Shown here: positions 13,969 to 26,475 of the stretch, piece by piece
Numbering within the stretch: position 1 is the stretch's first letter
Layout of the letters: the number at the start of each line of letters is the position of its first letter
Assembly (NCBI RefSeq): GCF_009914755.1
Contig: NC_060929.1
Strand: one strand, 5' to 3'
DNA from: the human T2T-CHM13v2.0 reference genome, Homo sapiens
DNA: 64,000 nucleotides
Notes under the pieces: generated by a model
Database searches by the model: none
Told to the model about the DNA's origin: nothing
Seen by the model: the letters and a program-made list of their open reading frames with translations, nothing else
Translations under genes and position numbers: made by a program

Positions 13969-14795
13969 CATATATATATATATATACATGTGTACTTTAT
14001 ATATATAAATGTGGTGTATATATATATACACACACACATACATATATATATATCACATATCACATTTTCTTTATCCACTGGTTAGTTGAAGGGCATTTAG
14101 ACTGGTCCCACATTTTTCGAAATTGCAAATTATGCTGCTATAAATATGTGTATGTGTATTAGTCCATTCTCACACTGTTATAAAGAAATATCCAAAACTG
14201 CCAAAACTGGGTAATTTATAAAGGAAAGAGGTTTAATTGATTCATGGTTCCACATGGCTGGGGAGGCCACAGGAAACTTACAATTATGGTGGAAGGCACC
14301 TCTTCACAGAGCAACAGGAGACAGAATGAGTGCCCAGTGAAGGGGAAAGACCCTTATAAAATCATCAGAAGAACTAACTCACTATCATGAGAACAAGATG
14401 GGGGAAACCTTCCTTATGATTCAGTTATCTCCACCTGGTCCCTCCCACAACACATGGGGATTATGGGAACTACAATTTAAGATGAGATTTGAGATGGGAC
14501 GCAGCCAAACCATATCAGTGTGCAAGTGTCTTTTTCATATAATGATTTATTTTCCTCTGGGTTGATACCCAGTATGGGATTCCTGGATCAAATGGTAGTT
14601 CTGCTTTTAGTTCTCTAAAGAGTCACCATACTGTTTTCTATAGTGGCTGTACTAGTTTACATTCCCACCAGCAGTGTAAAAGTGTTCCCTTTTCACCACA
14701 TCCATGCCAACATCTATTTTTTTTTTATTTTTCAATTATGGACATTCTTGCAAGAGTAAGGTGGTATTGCTTTTTATTTGCATTTCCCTGACAAT
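13562..14795 (-). mobile_element. L1PB1 3' fragment with a (TG)n(TA)n microsatellite at 13930-14053
   Basis: TTTGGGGAACAGGTGGTATTTGGTTAGATGGATAAGTTCTT...GGTGCACCCATCACC matches recalled L1PB1 3' UTR; probable TSD TAATAT(T/C)TCT. Confidence 0.85.
14155..14517 (-). mobile_element. THE1C-like solo LTR nested in L1PB1
   Basis: TGTATTAGTCC...CCAAACCATATCA termini; TSD GTATG/GTGTG. Confidence 0.9.
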
Positions 14796-15399
14796 TAATA
14801 TCTCTAAGCAGTAAGATAAAATAGCTGTCTACCTAGAATTATATCCTTTGAAATTATTTTTAAGTAATAAGTATACAATAAATACTTTGAAACTAAACAA
14901 AAAATAACCTTGAAGGAAAAGAAAATGAGAGCAAGAAGGAAGGACTAAGATGCAAAAATGAATAATAAGCAATGTGATTTGTAAAATTATGGAAATATAG
15001 AGAAACAACTTTCACATGAAATAATAGCAATAAATAGTAATACGTAATTATTGCTGTTAAAATACAAGACAAAACTAACATAGCATACTCTATGCTTAAT
15101 ATTAATAAAGAGGGTATTCCAGGAAGCTTATGATTAGTAGCAGGGGAGAAATTAAATAAATTTAGACATAGCTATGCTAAATGTCCAGGGTAATCAATAA
15201 AATGTAATAATTTATAACTTCAAACCAATAGAGGGGAAAAATTAATTTAAAAAATAGTCATTCTAAAAGAAGGCAGAAAAGGTAAAGGAATTTGGGAAAA
15301 GCTAGGTAAACAGAAATCACAAAATAAGATGTCAAAAATAGATTGAACACATCAAAAAATACAATAGCTGACAGCTGAACTATAGCTGACAACTGATAT

Positions 15400-15620
15400 C
15401 AGAAATTATCACACAGGAATAACAGATTATGACAGTTCAATATAATTGCTATCATATAAGTATACACAACTCGCAGAGAAGAGATGTAACTCATATCAAG
15501 AGACAAAAGAAAGAGTTTTAGAGAAGGTCATGTATGAACTGAGTATCTGAGTATATATGCCATTTGCCAAGGACACAAAAAGAGGAAGAACATTCCAGAA
15601 AGAAAAATGGGCATTTATGA
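15400..15620 (-). mobile_element. L2 fragment
   Basis: AGAAGGTCATGTATGAACTGAG...GAAGAACATTCCAGAAAG. Confidence 0.45.
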
Positions 15621-15857
15621 AGATTAATTGTGGTATATGTCTACCTTCCCCCTACCTCCCCCAATTCAGTGGAAGAATGGAAGGGCAGGGAAAAAATAAA
15701 AAGAAATTAAATAAAAATCCCTTTCCATTTGTCAAAGATGTAATCGTTCTGGAATTCCTTTTTCTAATCATCTTTTAAAATAGAAGACATTTTCTCCATC
15801 TGGGTTAGTTCCATGGAGCATTAGATCAGTGATTTAGAGACATTGGCAATAGACCTC

Positions 15858-16227
15858 TGTGTTAGTCAGTCCAGGCCTCCATAACAGAATACCACAAACT
15901 GTGTGGCTTAAACAACAGACATTTATTTTTTCACAATTGTATTGTTGTTTTCTGGTGAGGCCTATCTTCCTGGTTCGTGGACAGCCAACTTCTTGCTGTG
16001 TTCTCAGGTGGCCTCTTTTCTGTGCACAAATTGAATGAGAGAGAGAGAGATCTGGTATCTCTTCTTCTTACAGGGACATTCATCTTGTCAAATTAGAGCT
16101 CTGCCTTATGATCTCATTAACCTTAATTCCCCCCCTAAAGATCCTATCACCAAATACAGTCACCTTTGGGGTTAGAGCTTCAACACATAATTTGGGAGTA
16201 TTGGGGGGCAAAATTCGGTCCATAGCA
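15858..16227 (-). mobile_element. MLT1A/MLT1A0-like solo LTR
   Basis: TGTGTTAGTCAG...CCATAACAGAATACCACAAACTGTGTGGCTTAAACAACAG...AATTCGGTCCATAGCA. Confidence 0.85.
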
Positions 16228-17549
16228 GTCTCATAATAAAGTTTTCATGAGTCTGAGAGAAAGAAAGATAATATACTGAATGTCTGTGCATTCAATACAA
16301 TGCTTTTGGAATTTTGGTATTAAGAAGTTCTTTACATTATGTTGATGGTGGTTATAGGCAATAGGTTTTTGTTTGCTTCTTGCTTGTTCTTTTTTGCTTC
16401 TTAGTTTTAAAGGTCTTTTTTGGCAAAATAAGAAGTGGGAAATAAAATTTTTTCCTTTGTCTTAAATGGCATTTTAAATTTTCATGAACTCCAAAGTCTA
16501 GAAACCATTGGATTAAATGATTCTTAAAATTTATTTTGCAAATATCTATGCAGCTTGAAATATAATGTTTTCTGAAAGAAATACATAAGAAACAAAGACT
16601 TACTTTAAATAGAGCCAATCCAAAAAATTATATGTAGAAAGTATTATCCTCCTCAGTTTGATAAACTTACGTCTTTAGTAAGAAATATGAGTCTCTTGTT
16701 TTCAGAATAATAAACTAAAAATTAGGCATACAAATTTCCTATCTGTTGTCTGCTTTCAGGGGAAAAAATACCACTTACTAAGTCAGTTTCTTACATGTAT
16801 ATATAAAAGAAAGTGCATGCATGCTTTTAAAAATTATTTCATATTTGCATATAAGCTAATCAATAAAAGACTGTAGTGATTAGCTAGTTTCCTGGAATAA
16901 TTAAATAACTAACATTACATGCCAACTGAACTTGGCAAATACTCCATGCTTGTCTAGGAATTAAATATGATATTAATTCATAGGATTAAATTTTCCATTA
17001 AATATTAATGGAGTTAATTAATTCATAGGATTAATTAAAATTTCTATTAAATAATATCTTATTTAATGGAAAAATATGAATTATTTAATATAAACTTATG
17101 CCATATTAAATATGGAGCTCACGTTTAGTTTTCAAGTAGAGTTTAAAAATGGAATTTATATCCATGACCATTATATCTAAGTTAATTATTAATTAAAGCA
17201 CCAAAAGACTTAAAGGACACATAATCATACATTTTATTTTAGTCCTTTCATATTTATTCTCTTCAGGAAATTCTCTGGATTTCCTGCATTCTTCAAAAAA
17301 GATTTTTTTTTTTACACATTAGGTCTCTTATACACTATTATTAGAATGTATAAATAATACCCGTTAGCCTTACCATGATGAAATTAGAGTCTGTATAATC
17401 TATGTGATGTGATCTGTCCTTCATTTAAAAACTGTGCAGTACTTGATCATGAGGAATGGAATACACAAGTTGGTCATATACATGCAACTTCCAGTGACAT
17501 ATAATAGGCCCCCTAAACCTACTAACACCTATTATTTTTATTTTAATAG

Positions 17550-17576
17550 TAGATATAAAGAAAACAGAGAGCACAG
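17550..17576 (+). other. Candidate 27-nt exon (24 nt via the second TAG of a NAGNAG)
   Basis: TACTAAC at 17520-17526, T-rich tract, TAG acceptor ending 17549, CAG|GTGAGT donor at 17576/17577; two frames open (DIKKTEST, RYKENREH). Confidence 0.35.
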
Positions 17577-17646
17577 GTGAGTCAAAGATAAAACTTTGCC
17601 AACAGTTTTATTTTATTTTTGAAAGGAAACCATTTTCCCTAGAATA

Positions 17647-18258
17647 TTAATTCTCAAAATGTGATCCACAAACTCTTCGGAGTCCCCAAACACTTTTAAG
17701 AAGTTCCACTATTATAGTCAAGTTATTATTTTCCTTTTTCATACCCACTCTTACAAAGTACACAGTGGAATTTTCCAAGGCTACATGCACATGATGATAT
17801 TGAATCATGAAATGTGTTCAAATTTGGAAGATGTTCACAAATGAGAGGACCAATATCTTCCAAACAACCAGTGCATAATGTGACTGAATCACACATCGAT
17901 AAAATAGTCATGAAAAGTACAGGATAGATCAATGGATTTCAACGCAATAGAGTATCATAGTGATATGTTTTAAGACTCCACATTACAACTAACCTCCAAG
18001 AAACTATTACTTGTCAAATGTTTGTGGCATACAAAAGAATATGCCCAATTATCTAAAAAGTTTATTAAAATATACCTTTCTCTTTCTCATATATGTCTTG
18101 TAAGCCAGATTTTTCTCTATACTTAAACCAAAGCAATATATTGCAATGGATTGAATGAAGAAGCAGATATGAGTTCAGCGATCTCTTACTGAGTCAAACA
18201 TTAAAGATGTGCATTGCACAATTGCAGAACATGAAGAGCCAAAGTTTGAGAACTGCTG
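17647..18258 (+). mobile_element. hAT-Charlie element (Charlie4/MER113-like)
   Basis: Degenerate TIRs TTCTCAAAATGTG / AAGTTTGAGAACTGCTG; GATTGAATGAAGAAGCAGATATGAG internal motif. Confidence 0.65.
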
Positions 18259-18584
18259 CCCTATGGAATTCAGAGTGGCTTTTGTATAACAAAAGAATAT
18301 TTGTTCTAGATGAGCATTTAACTCCAATTTAAAATTAAACTCTGTTTTCAAAGACCATATAGAAATTAGAGCAAGACTATTTGTCAGAATGTTTAGAGAA
18401 TTCTGGAGGCTGAAAGAAATGACTGGGTTTTAATCCATAATGTGAACCTGGAATATACATTACACATGCCCACTTGGACTTAGAACAATGCGAAACACTA
18501 AACACGTAAGGCTAATTAAGTGAGCACAGCATCTAAATGTAAATCTAGATTTCGATAATAAAATTTTAAAAATTTAATGAATAA

Positions 18585-19007
<423 letters not shown>

Positions 19008-20199
19008 TAAACAAATATTACAATTTTTGTACAACCAAGAAAAAAGTATCAACAGTGATATTAATGGAATCAAGGATCATAAAAAGACATAATAAAAGTC
19101 TTATGCTAAGGAGAATCATTTAATTCAGAATTAACATTCTATATGAAAATCTGTGAGAACAATGATATGATTTGAGTTTTCTTATCTAGTAATGAGAAAT
19201 GCAAAAATTAAAAGTGTCAATCATTCATCTATCACATAGGAAGAAATTGATTAAATTTTTCACAGCAAAGTTTGAAGAAAGTGAAGTAAATATGCATTAT
19301 CAAGAAACTATTTCATCTCAAAGTAGAGCTTTCAGATATAATTCCATCTTCCACAATCCTTATACTGAGTCAGACAACATTTACTATAGATTTTCCTCCC
19401 AAAAGTCTTTTTAATCATGCTCCCACTTCATTCTTGTTACCTTAGTCCCTGTTTCTCTCTGCTCATAACTTTACCTGGCTAATTCTCACTGCTTCAATGT
19501 TCCTTTATATAGATGCCATAATCAAAATAAGAAACAAAACCAAAACATCCATATCTGTTCAAGTCTCTCTATGTTTAAACAGTGACAGCCTACAAGATCA
19601 AGTCCATACTCCTTGGCTACACACAAGTGCCTTTTCCATCTGTCTCCTTCTGTCTTTGCAGGTATTCTCCATTTGCTTCTTTGAAATACTTTCAAAACCA
19701 ACAAAATCCATCTGTTTTTGAAGTGTCCTCTCCCTTAACCCAGCTCTGTCTATTCTTCTCATTCTCACTCCACTAGACACCTAATTATGAAAACAATAAT
19801 TAATTGCATAATTCACATGTGGGATTTTCTAGGCTTTACTATTGGAAGAAACAAGTATTGTCACGTTTCCAACTTTTTTCCCAGTCCCAAATTGATGTTA
19901 AATTCTAGCTAATAGTCATAGTCACCATTACTTGAATATTTACAATGTGCGAAATGCTTTAGACAGTAGGGGCAACCAAATTGCTCATAAAATTCAGTTG
20001 CGCTGAAAAACGAAATTTCCATATTTTGCTTGTAATTTACCTAATTTTTTCATGAGTTTGTCTATTGAGTGATGACAAAAACAAACAAACAACCATACAA
20101 AAAAGTTTAAATTGTATTGAATTTAAATGAAATTCTATCCAATAATTTAAACACTGTGTTTAGGTAGTATTCAATCTTTGATAGTGATTGTCAATTTAT

Positions 20200-20900
20200 T
20201 TTGTCTCTGAGCCTCTGTTCTTTAAACATGGCATCTATTAGGCATAGTCATCTAGATAACTCACATGCAATCCATATTCAACACAGCCACAGTCATGTGC
20301 ATACTCATCATATTCTTCTTCATCCACCGCCCTGTTGTTTCCCTATGTTCCTGATCTCTGTCAATGGTTACTGGAATCAAAAATCTGGGGAGTTTTCTCT
20401 ATTGTTTTATAGAACCAAACAATTAAGCAAATTCTGCTGTTTTTATGTTCTGAAAATTCCTATTCATGTCCTCCTTCTCCTCTTTGCCTTCTATTTGTGC
20501 CTAGATCCCAACTTAAGAATCATTACTTGGCTATTAAAAGAGCCTGCTTCTAGTCCTGCTGCCTTCAAATACAGCCTCCGTGCTCTGGCTGGGTTGCTTT
20601 AATTGTGCTGTACTACTAGCTTGCTTAAGGCCCTTACTAGCAATGGAATAAATCTCAAGATTCTTAGCTTGGCATAGAACATGACATAAATACCACCATT
20701 TCAGTTATATTTGCCACTACACTATTCCCTATTTCATAATCTATGTTTTCATAATGTGGAAATGCCTGCAATGCCCCCCACCCTCCGTGCCTCTTGAAAT
20801 CTTCTTGCCTTTGGTTGTGGTGTTTCCTCTTTCTGGAGTGCCTTTTCTACCTTTATTTACCTGGCTAACACTCACTCACTGTCACTCTCAAGTCTTAATA
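20200..20900 (+). mobile_element. L2 fragment
   Basis: CCCTATGTTCCTGATCTCTGTCAATGG, TTCTTAGCTTGGCATAG, TTTCCTCTTTCTGGAGTGCCTT, CCTGGCTAACACTC. Confidence 0.6.
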
Positions 20901-21259
20901 CTAGTTAGTTAACATTATTTAATGGAATGATGGTTTTATTGTAGTTTGTGGATAATTTCCCCTAAAATATATCCAGGTTTTTCATGACTGGAATTGTGTC
21001 TGAGTAGAAAACTGCATTCATTAATTTCAAGTGAACTTCCCTCTTTAAAATTCTAAACTATGTCATTTCCCTTGCTTGTCATACCCACCCCAATCCTCTC
21101 AAACTCAGCTTCTCCTTTCTTTTAAAACTCTATTTAAGGTTTTGTCAACTTATTTTTAAAAATAATTCAAAGAAAACCTTTCTGTTGGTTATCTAGATTC
21201 TGATAATTTATGTATTAGGTGCCAAATTTAGATAAGAATCTTCATAAACATAGGTCCAC

Positions 21260-21554
21260 AGCCGGACGCCGTGACTCACACCTGTAATCCCAGCACTCTG
21301 GGAGACCAAGGCACTTGGATCACGAGGTCAAGAGATAGAGACCATCCTGGCCAACATGGTGAAACCCTGTCTCTACTAAAAATACAAAAATTAACTGGAC
21401 ATGGTGGCGCGTGCCTGTAGTCCCAGCTACTCAGGAGGCTGAGGCAGGAGAATCACTTGAACCCAGAGGCGGAAGTTGCAGTGAGCCAAGATCGTGCCAC
21501 TGCACTCCAGCCTGGCGACAGAATGAGACTCCGTCTCAAAAAACAAACAAACAA
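21260..21554 (+). mobile_element. AluSc with (AAAC)n tail
   Basis: GGATCACGAGGTCAAGAGATAGAGACCATCCTGGCCAAC, CCTGGCGACAG; TSD core ATAAACATAG. Confidence 0.95.
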
Positions 21555-21994
21555 ATAAACATAGATACATTTCCTTCATGAAACTTCCTTGAGAGAGATT
21601 GGCTGATTCCTGTCACTGCCAATTTCATAATATTTTCAGCTTTTCCTCCAAAACATTTTTATAAACAAGTAAAATTGGCTGGATGTACAGACTCATAGAC
21701 TTTAAGGCCTATACTACATTTAACTAACCTAACCTCTTATTTTTACAGAGAAAGAAATGAGGCCCTAATATTTAGTAAAGGACATGTTACTAATGAGTTG
21801 CTAATATGTTTCTGCTGCTCATGTGTAGGTGTGTGTAAACACACACACACAGACACACACACTACATGGTATGTGAATCTCTCTCTCCTATTCCAGGTCT
21901 TAAAAGAATGACAATCACTCCTTCTCCTTGTTTATTCCTTTCTCTAAAAAGAAAAAAATATTCATCACTGTCTGATTTTGCTTTTGCACTACAG

Positions 21995-22000
21995 GCAAAG
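21995..22000 (+). other. Candidate 6-nt microexon GCAAAG
   Basis: Acceptor CTGATTTTGCTTTTGCACTACAG| with two UGC motifs, donor AAG|GTAAAT, CU-rich upstream tract, GCATG about 90 nt downstream; unique (non-repeat) context. Confidence 0.35.
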
Positions 22001-23276
22001 GTAAATGTTGACTGCCTGGCTGACTCCTCCCACCATGACTTGCCTTAAGTAGTGCTAAGACATCTCCCTGCCCATGGCCTTGTTTCTACTGGCATGAGTC
22101 TCTTTCATTCACGTCACTGGCAGCCATATCCAGGGACTTGTGGTCAGAATGGAGTCTAGTGTGCTGTTTTTCTGGATATTACTCTGTCTTTTTCCCCCTC
22201 CAGTGTGTGACTGGAAGTCTCTTTAACAGTTAAAATAGTGGCCATATATGCACACTGGAGAGAGAGTATTCAATAAGATCTGTAATTTGTAGACCACTGT
22301 GAGAGATTAGTCCCTGTTCCCTCATGTTCTAGCTTCAATATACGCTTTAGGATCAATGCTAACTTCTGCAGTTACTTTATAGTAATTGTGATTACAATAA
22401 AAGTGAACACTTACCTCAAAAGGGTAGGGCCAGAATGAATTCTTCTCCTTTGTGGTCTTTGATGAAAAGTGTCTAAGTCACATATAATTTGTACCTCATC
22501 TTTTTAATAAGTAAAGGAAAGGCATTCTTATTAACTCTCCCCGTAGGAAATCAGAAAGGCATTCAGAGAGAATGGATTTCAGGCACAGGCATCAAGTTTG
22601 CCAGTGCTTCCACCTGAGCCCCACAGTTTGAGCTACCTGGTGCTCACCTATGAACTCAACACTGGTCCAATGCCCTGGACTAATTCCAACTGAGGCAAGA
22701 GGTGTTGAGGTAGCTCTTCTTCATGCGAGGACAGGACTTACTTAACTCTAACTCAGTTTCTCAATCTGGTTTCCTGGTTGCTTGCTTCCTCTCCATGTAA
22801 GAAATGAGTCAACATAATGTATGTGGAGTCCTAAAATGGTTTCTTCCCCCAATGGAGGTATTTTTCAACTGTGCATTTGAATTAAACTATTATAAGTATT
22901 TAATATAAGTAGAATAACATAATTTAAACATTTTACATATCTCTATGAGAAGTGGTTATTTAAAGGAAACACATAATTATAGTTTTTGTTATTCAAATAA
23001 ATAATTCCCATTTTAACTGTTTTGAAAGTTGTATTTCCACATAACCAGCTTTTCTGTTGTGCTGTTTCTATGTGTTAGCCATAGCCAACCAAAGTCATGT
23101 GTAAACTGAATTATGCATTACAAATAAAAGAGCTGTAATCCTCTGAATACCCTAATTTGATGTAGAAAAAAAGTTTAATGCCCATTCTACAATGAATGCA
23201 TATTTGAGAGTACTAAGAATATTTATAGATTTTTTTACTTCATTGTCCATAGACACTTCTTGACTCTGGTTTTTAG

Positions 23277-23295
23277 TAACCAGCAGAGGGCGCAA
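23277..23295 (+). promoter_or_regulatory. CTCF binding motif
   Basis: TAACCAGCAGAGGGCGCAA; core CCAGCAGAGGGCGC (23280-23293) fits CCASYAGRKGGCRS exactly, with an intact CpG in AT-rich unique DNA. Confidence 0.7.
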
Positions 23296-23664
23296 CATAC
23301 ACAAGTTAGGGTCTTTAAATCCTTAATGGCTGATCTCTTCTGTCATTTGTATCCACAGGCACCTGCACCCTCCTCCACCATCAAAGTACACCCAGCCCAA
23401 GTCAAGTGAAAAGAAAGAAATATGTGCTTACTTATTTGTTCCTATCACAGCTGAAGTTAACCTTTAGCTGGAGACTAAATTAACACCAATGCTCCAAGTT
23501 TAGATAATTGTTCTGAAATAAATAGAGCCTTAAGCTAGAACTTCTTACATAGTCAAGGGAGATAGGTGGATTCTTTTGTACTTCATTTTAACTATCAATG
23601 GTGTTTTAAGAACCAAATAACATTTTTCTTAAATCATTTTTTTTCCTATCATAAGTAAATTCTC

Positions 23665-24108
<444 letters not shown>

Positions 24109-24394
24109 TTAGAAGACTTTTTATAGATTCCTTATGCTCTCTTCTTTCAATAGTAGTCTTATTTTGTAACTTTCTTATATTTTTGCATGTTTATTTGAGT
24201 CAACAAACCACTAAGGCAAATTCACAGGTATATTTCATGTGAGAAAGATTTATTATCATAGACCTAATGCCTTACAGAAAAATTTCTGGCTGAAAAATTT
24301 TATAATATTGGAGAAAAACACGAAAGGAATAACATATATAGACCTGATACAGGTTACCAAGTAAAATCTTCCTAAAAATGTAGGTGACTCTTTC

Positions 24395-24500
24395 CCTATC
24401 TCATTTTACAGATATCTCATTTTACAGATAAGGAATCTGAGGCAAAAAAAAAAGAAAATAATTAAGTAAGTTTACTAACGTCACGTATCAGGCAATGTGG
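24395..24500 (-). mobile_element. MIR core with a 16-bp tandem duplication
   Basis: TATCTCATTTTACAGA twice (24397-24428), then TAAGGAATCTGAGGC and TTAAGTAAGTTT. Confidence 0.7.
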
Positions 24501-25470
24501 TCCAATTTTCATGCTCTTGACTTAGCCTTTACAGTATTCTGTCTCTGAAATACATATTCTATGCTCACCTAGTACACATACACACACACACACATACACA
24601 CAGAGACACTCCATACATATGCATATAAATGGAACAAGGTTTTATAAAAGAATATTTATTTTTATGTCTGATAAAGTAAAAGCATAAATATCAAATATTT
24701 TATTACTACATATAGATATGGAAAAAGATCATAAAATGAACAACACAAATGCAGACAAACAGAAAATACTAGGTAAGGCCCACAAAACTAGTTTTACCAC
24801 TCACTAATTGGTAGCAATATACAGTTTGAAAAGTATCATTGAATTTGACCTTATTGGCTCTCAACTTTATTTTTTTTTCTGCTGTCACTGTCATTGTTGT
24901 TTTCACATAAATTATTATTGATTCTTAAATAAACTATCAACTGTGAGCCTACCTCTTCATTTTTCCATACCTCCCAAAATGCACACTTTCATTATGTGAT
25001 TCCCTGCTGTAGAATCCTTCACTCTTTGGGCCAAGATGGCCAACTAGAAACAGCTCTGGTCAAAGGCGCCCATCAAGAAGAATAAAAACAGCAAGTGAAT
25101 CCTGCACCAGTAACTAAGATATCCAGGTTCCGTCAATGAGACTGATAGGCAGTTGGCGCAACCACAGAGAGCAAGGAAAGCTAGGCAGTGTGATGGCCCA
25201 CCCAGGAGCCACACAGGGCAAGAGAAGCTCCCACCCCCAGCCAAGGGAGGCACCTACACTAGTGACACCTCCAGGTACAGGAGGGACCCAGGAGAATAGG
25301 ATCTGGAGTGGACCCCCAGCAAACTGCAGCAGCCCTATGAAAGAGAGGCCTGACTGTTAAAAGAAAAACAAACAGAAAGCAACAAAAACAACATCAACAC
25401 AAAAGACCCCACAAAAACCCCGTCCAAAGATCAGCAGCCTCAAAGATCGAAGCTAGACAAACTCATGAAG

Positions 25471-26475
25471 ATGAGAAAGAATCAATGAAAAAAATGCTGA
25501 AAATGCAAAAAAATGCCAGAGTTCCTCTTCTCCTCTAAATGATCGCAATACCTCTCCAGCAAGGATACAGGACTGGGCAAAGGCTGAAATGGATAAACTG
25601 ACAGATGTAGGCTTCAGAAGATGGATAGTAATAAACTTTGCTGAGCTAAAGGAACATGTACTAACCCAATGCAAAGAAGTAAAGAAACATGATAAAACAT
25701 TACAGAAGTGTTAACCAGAATAACCAGTTTAGAGAGGAATATAAATGATCTGATGGAACTGAAAAACACAACATGAGAACTTCACAATGCAACCACAAAT
25801 ATCAATAACCGAATAGACCAAGTGGAGGAAAGAATTTCAGAGCTTGAAGGCTATCTTGCTGAAATAAGACAGGCATACAAGATTAGAGAAAAAAAGAATA
25901 AAAAGGAACAAACAAAACTTCCAAGAACTATGGGATTATTTAAAAAGACCAAACCTATGACTGATTGGGGTACCTGAAAGGGATGGGGAGCACGGAACCA
26001 AGTTGGAAAATGTACTTCAGGATATCATCGAGGAGAACTACTCCAACCTAGCAAGACAGGCCCACATTCAAATTCAGGAAATCCAGAGAATCCCAGTAAG
26101 ATACTCCATGAGAAGATCAACTGCAAGACACATAATTATCAAATTCTCCAAGGTCAAAATGAAGAAAAAAACATTAAGGGTAGCCAGAAAGAAAGGCAAA
26201 GAAAGGCCAGGTCACCTACAAAGGGAAGCCCATTAGACTAACAGCAGCCCTCTCAGCAGAAACCCTACAATCCAGAAGAGACTGGGGGCCAATATTCATT
26301 ATTATTAAAGAAAAGAATTTCCAACTCAGAATTTCATATTCAGTCAAACTGAGCTTCATAAGTGAAGGAGAAATAAAATCCTTCTTAGGCAAGCAAATGC
26401 CGAGGGAATTCATGACCACTAGGCCTGCCTTGCAAGAGCTCCTGAAGGAAGCACTAAATATGGAAAGGAAAAACC
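25471..26475 (+). pseudogene. L1 ORF1p pseudogene (frameshifts and stops; C-terminus and stop codon deleted)
   Basis: ATGAGAAAGAATCAA start; fragments ENVLQDIIEENYSNLARQAHIQIQEIQR and TTRPALQELLKEALNMERKN. Confidence 0.9.

Larger units (their letters stand above)
13100..15365 (+). mobile_element. Very old L1 (L1ME-like) ORF1 to ORF2-start remnant, split by the L1PB1 insertion
   Basis: ORF1-type text (ATAATTGGGGTTCTGAAAAGAGGAG, GAATGTTCCAGAAT, CTAGAATTATATCC) continues across 13562-14797; ends near AAATAAGATGTCAAAAATAG. Confidence 0.55.
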
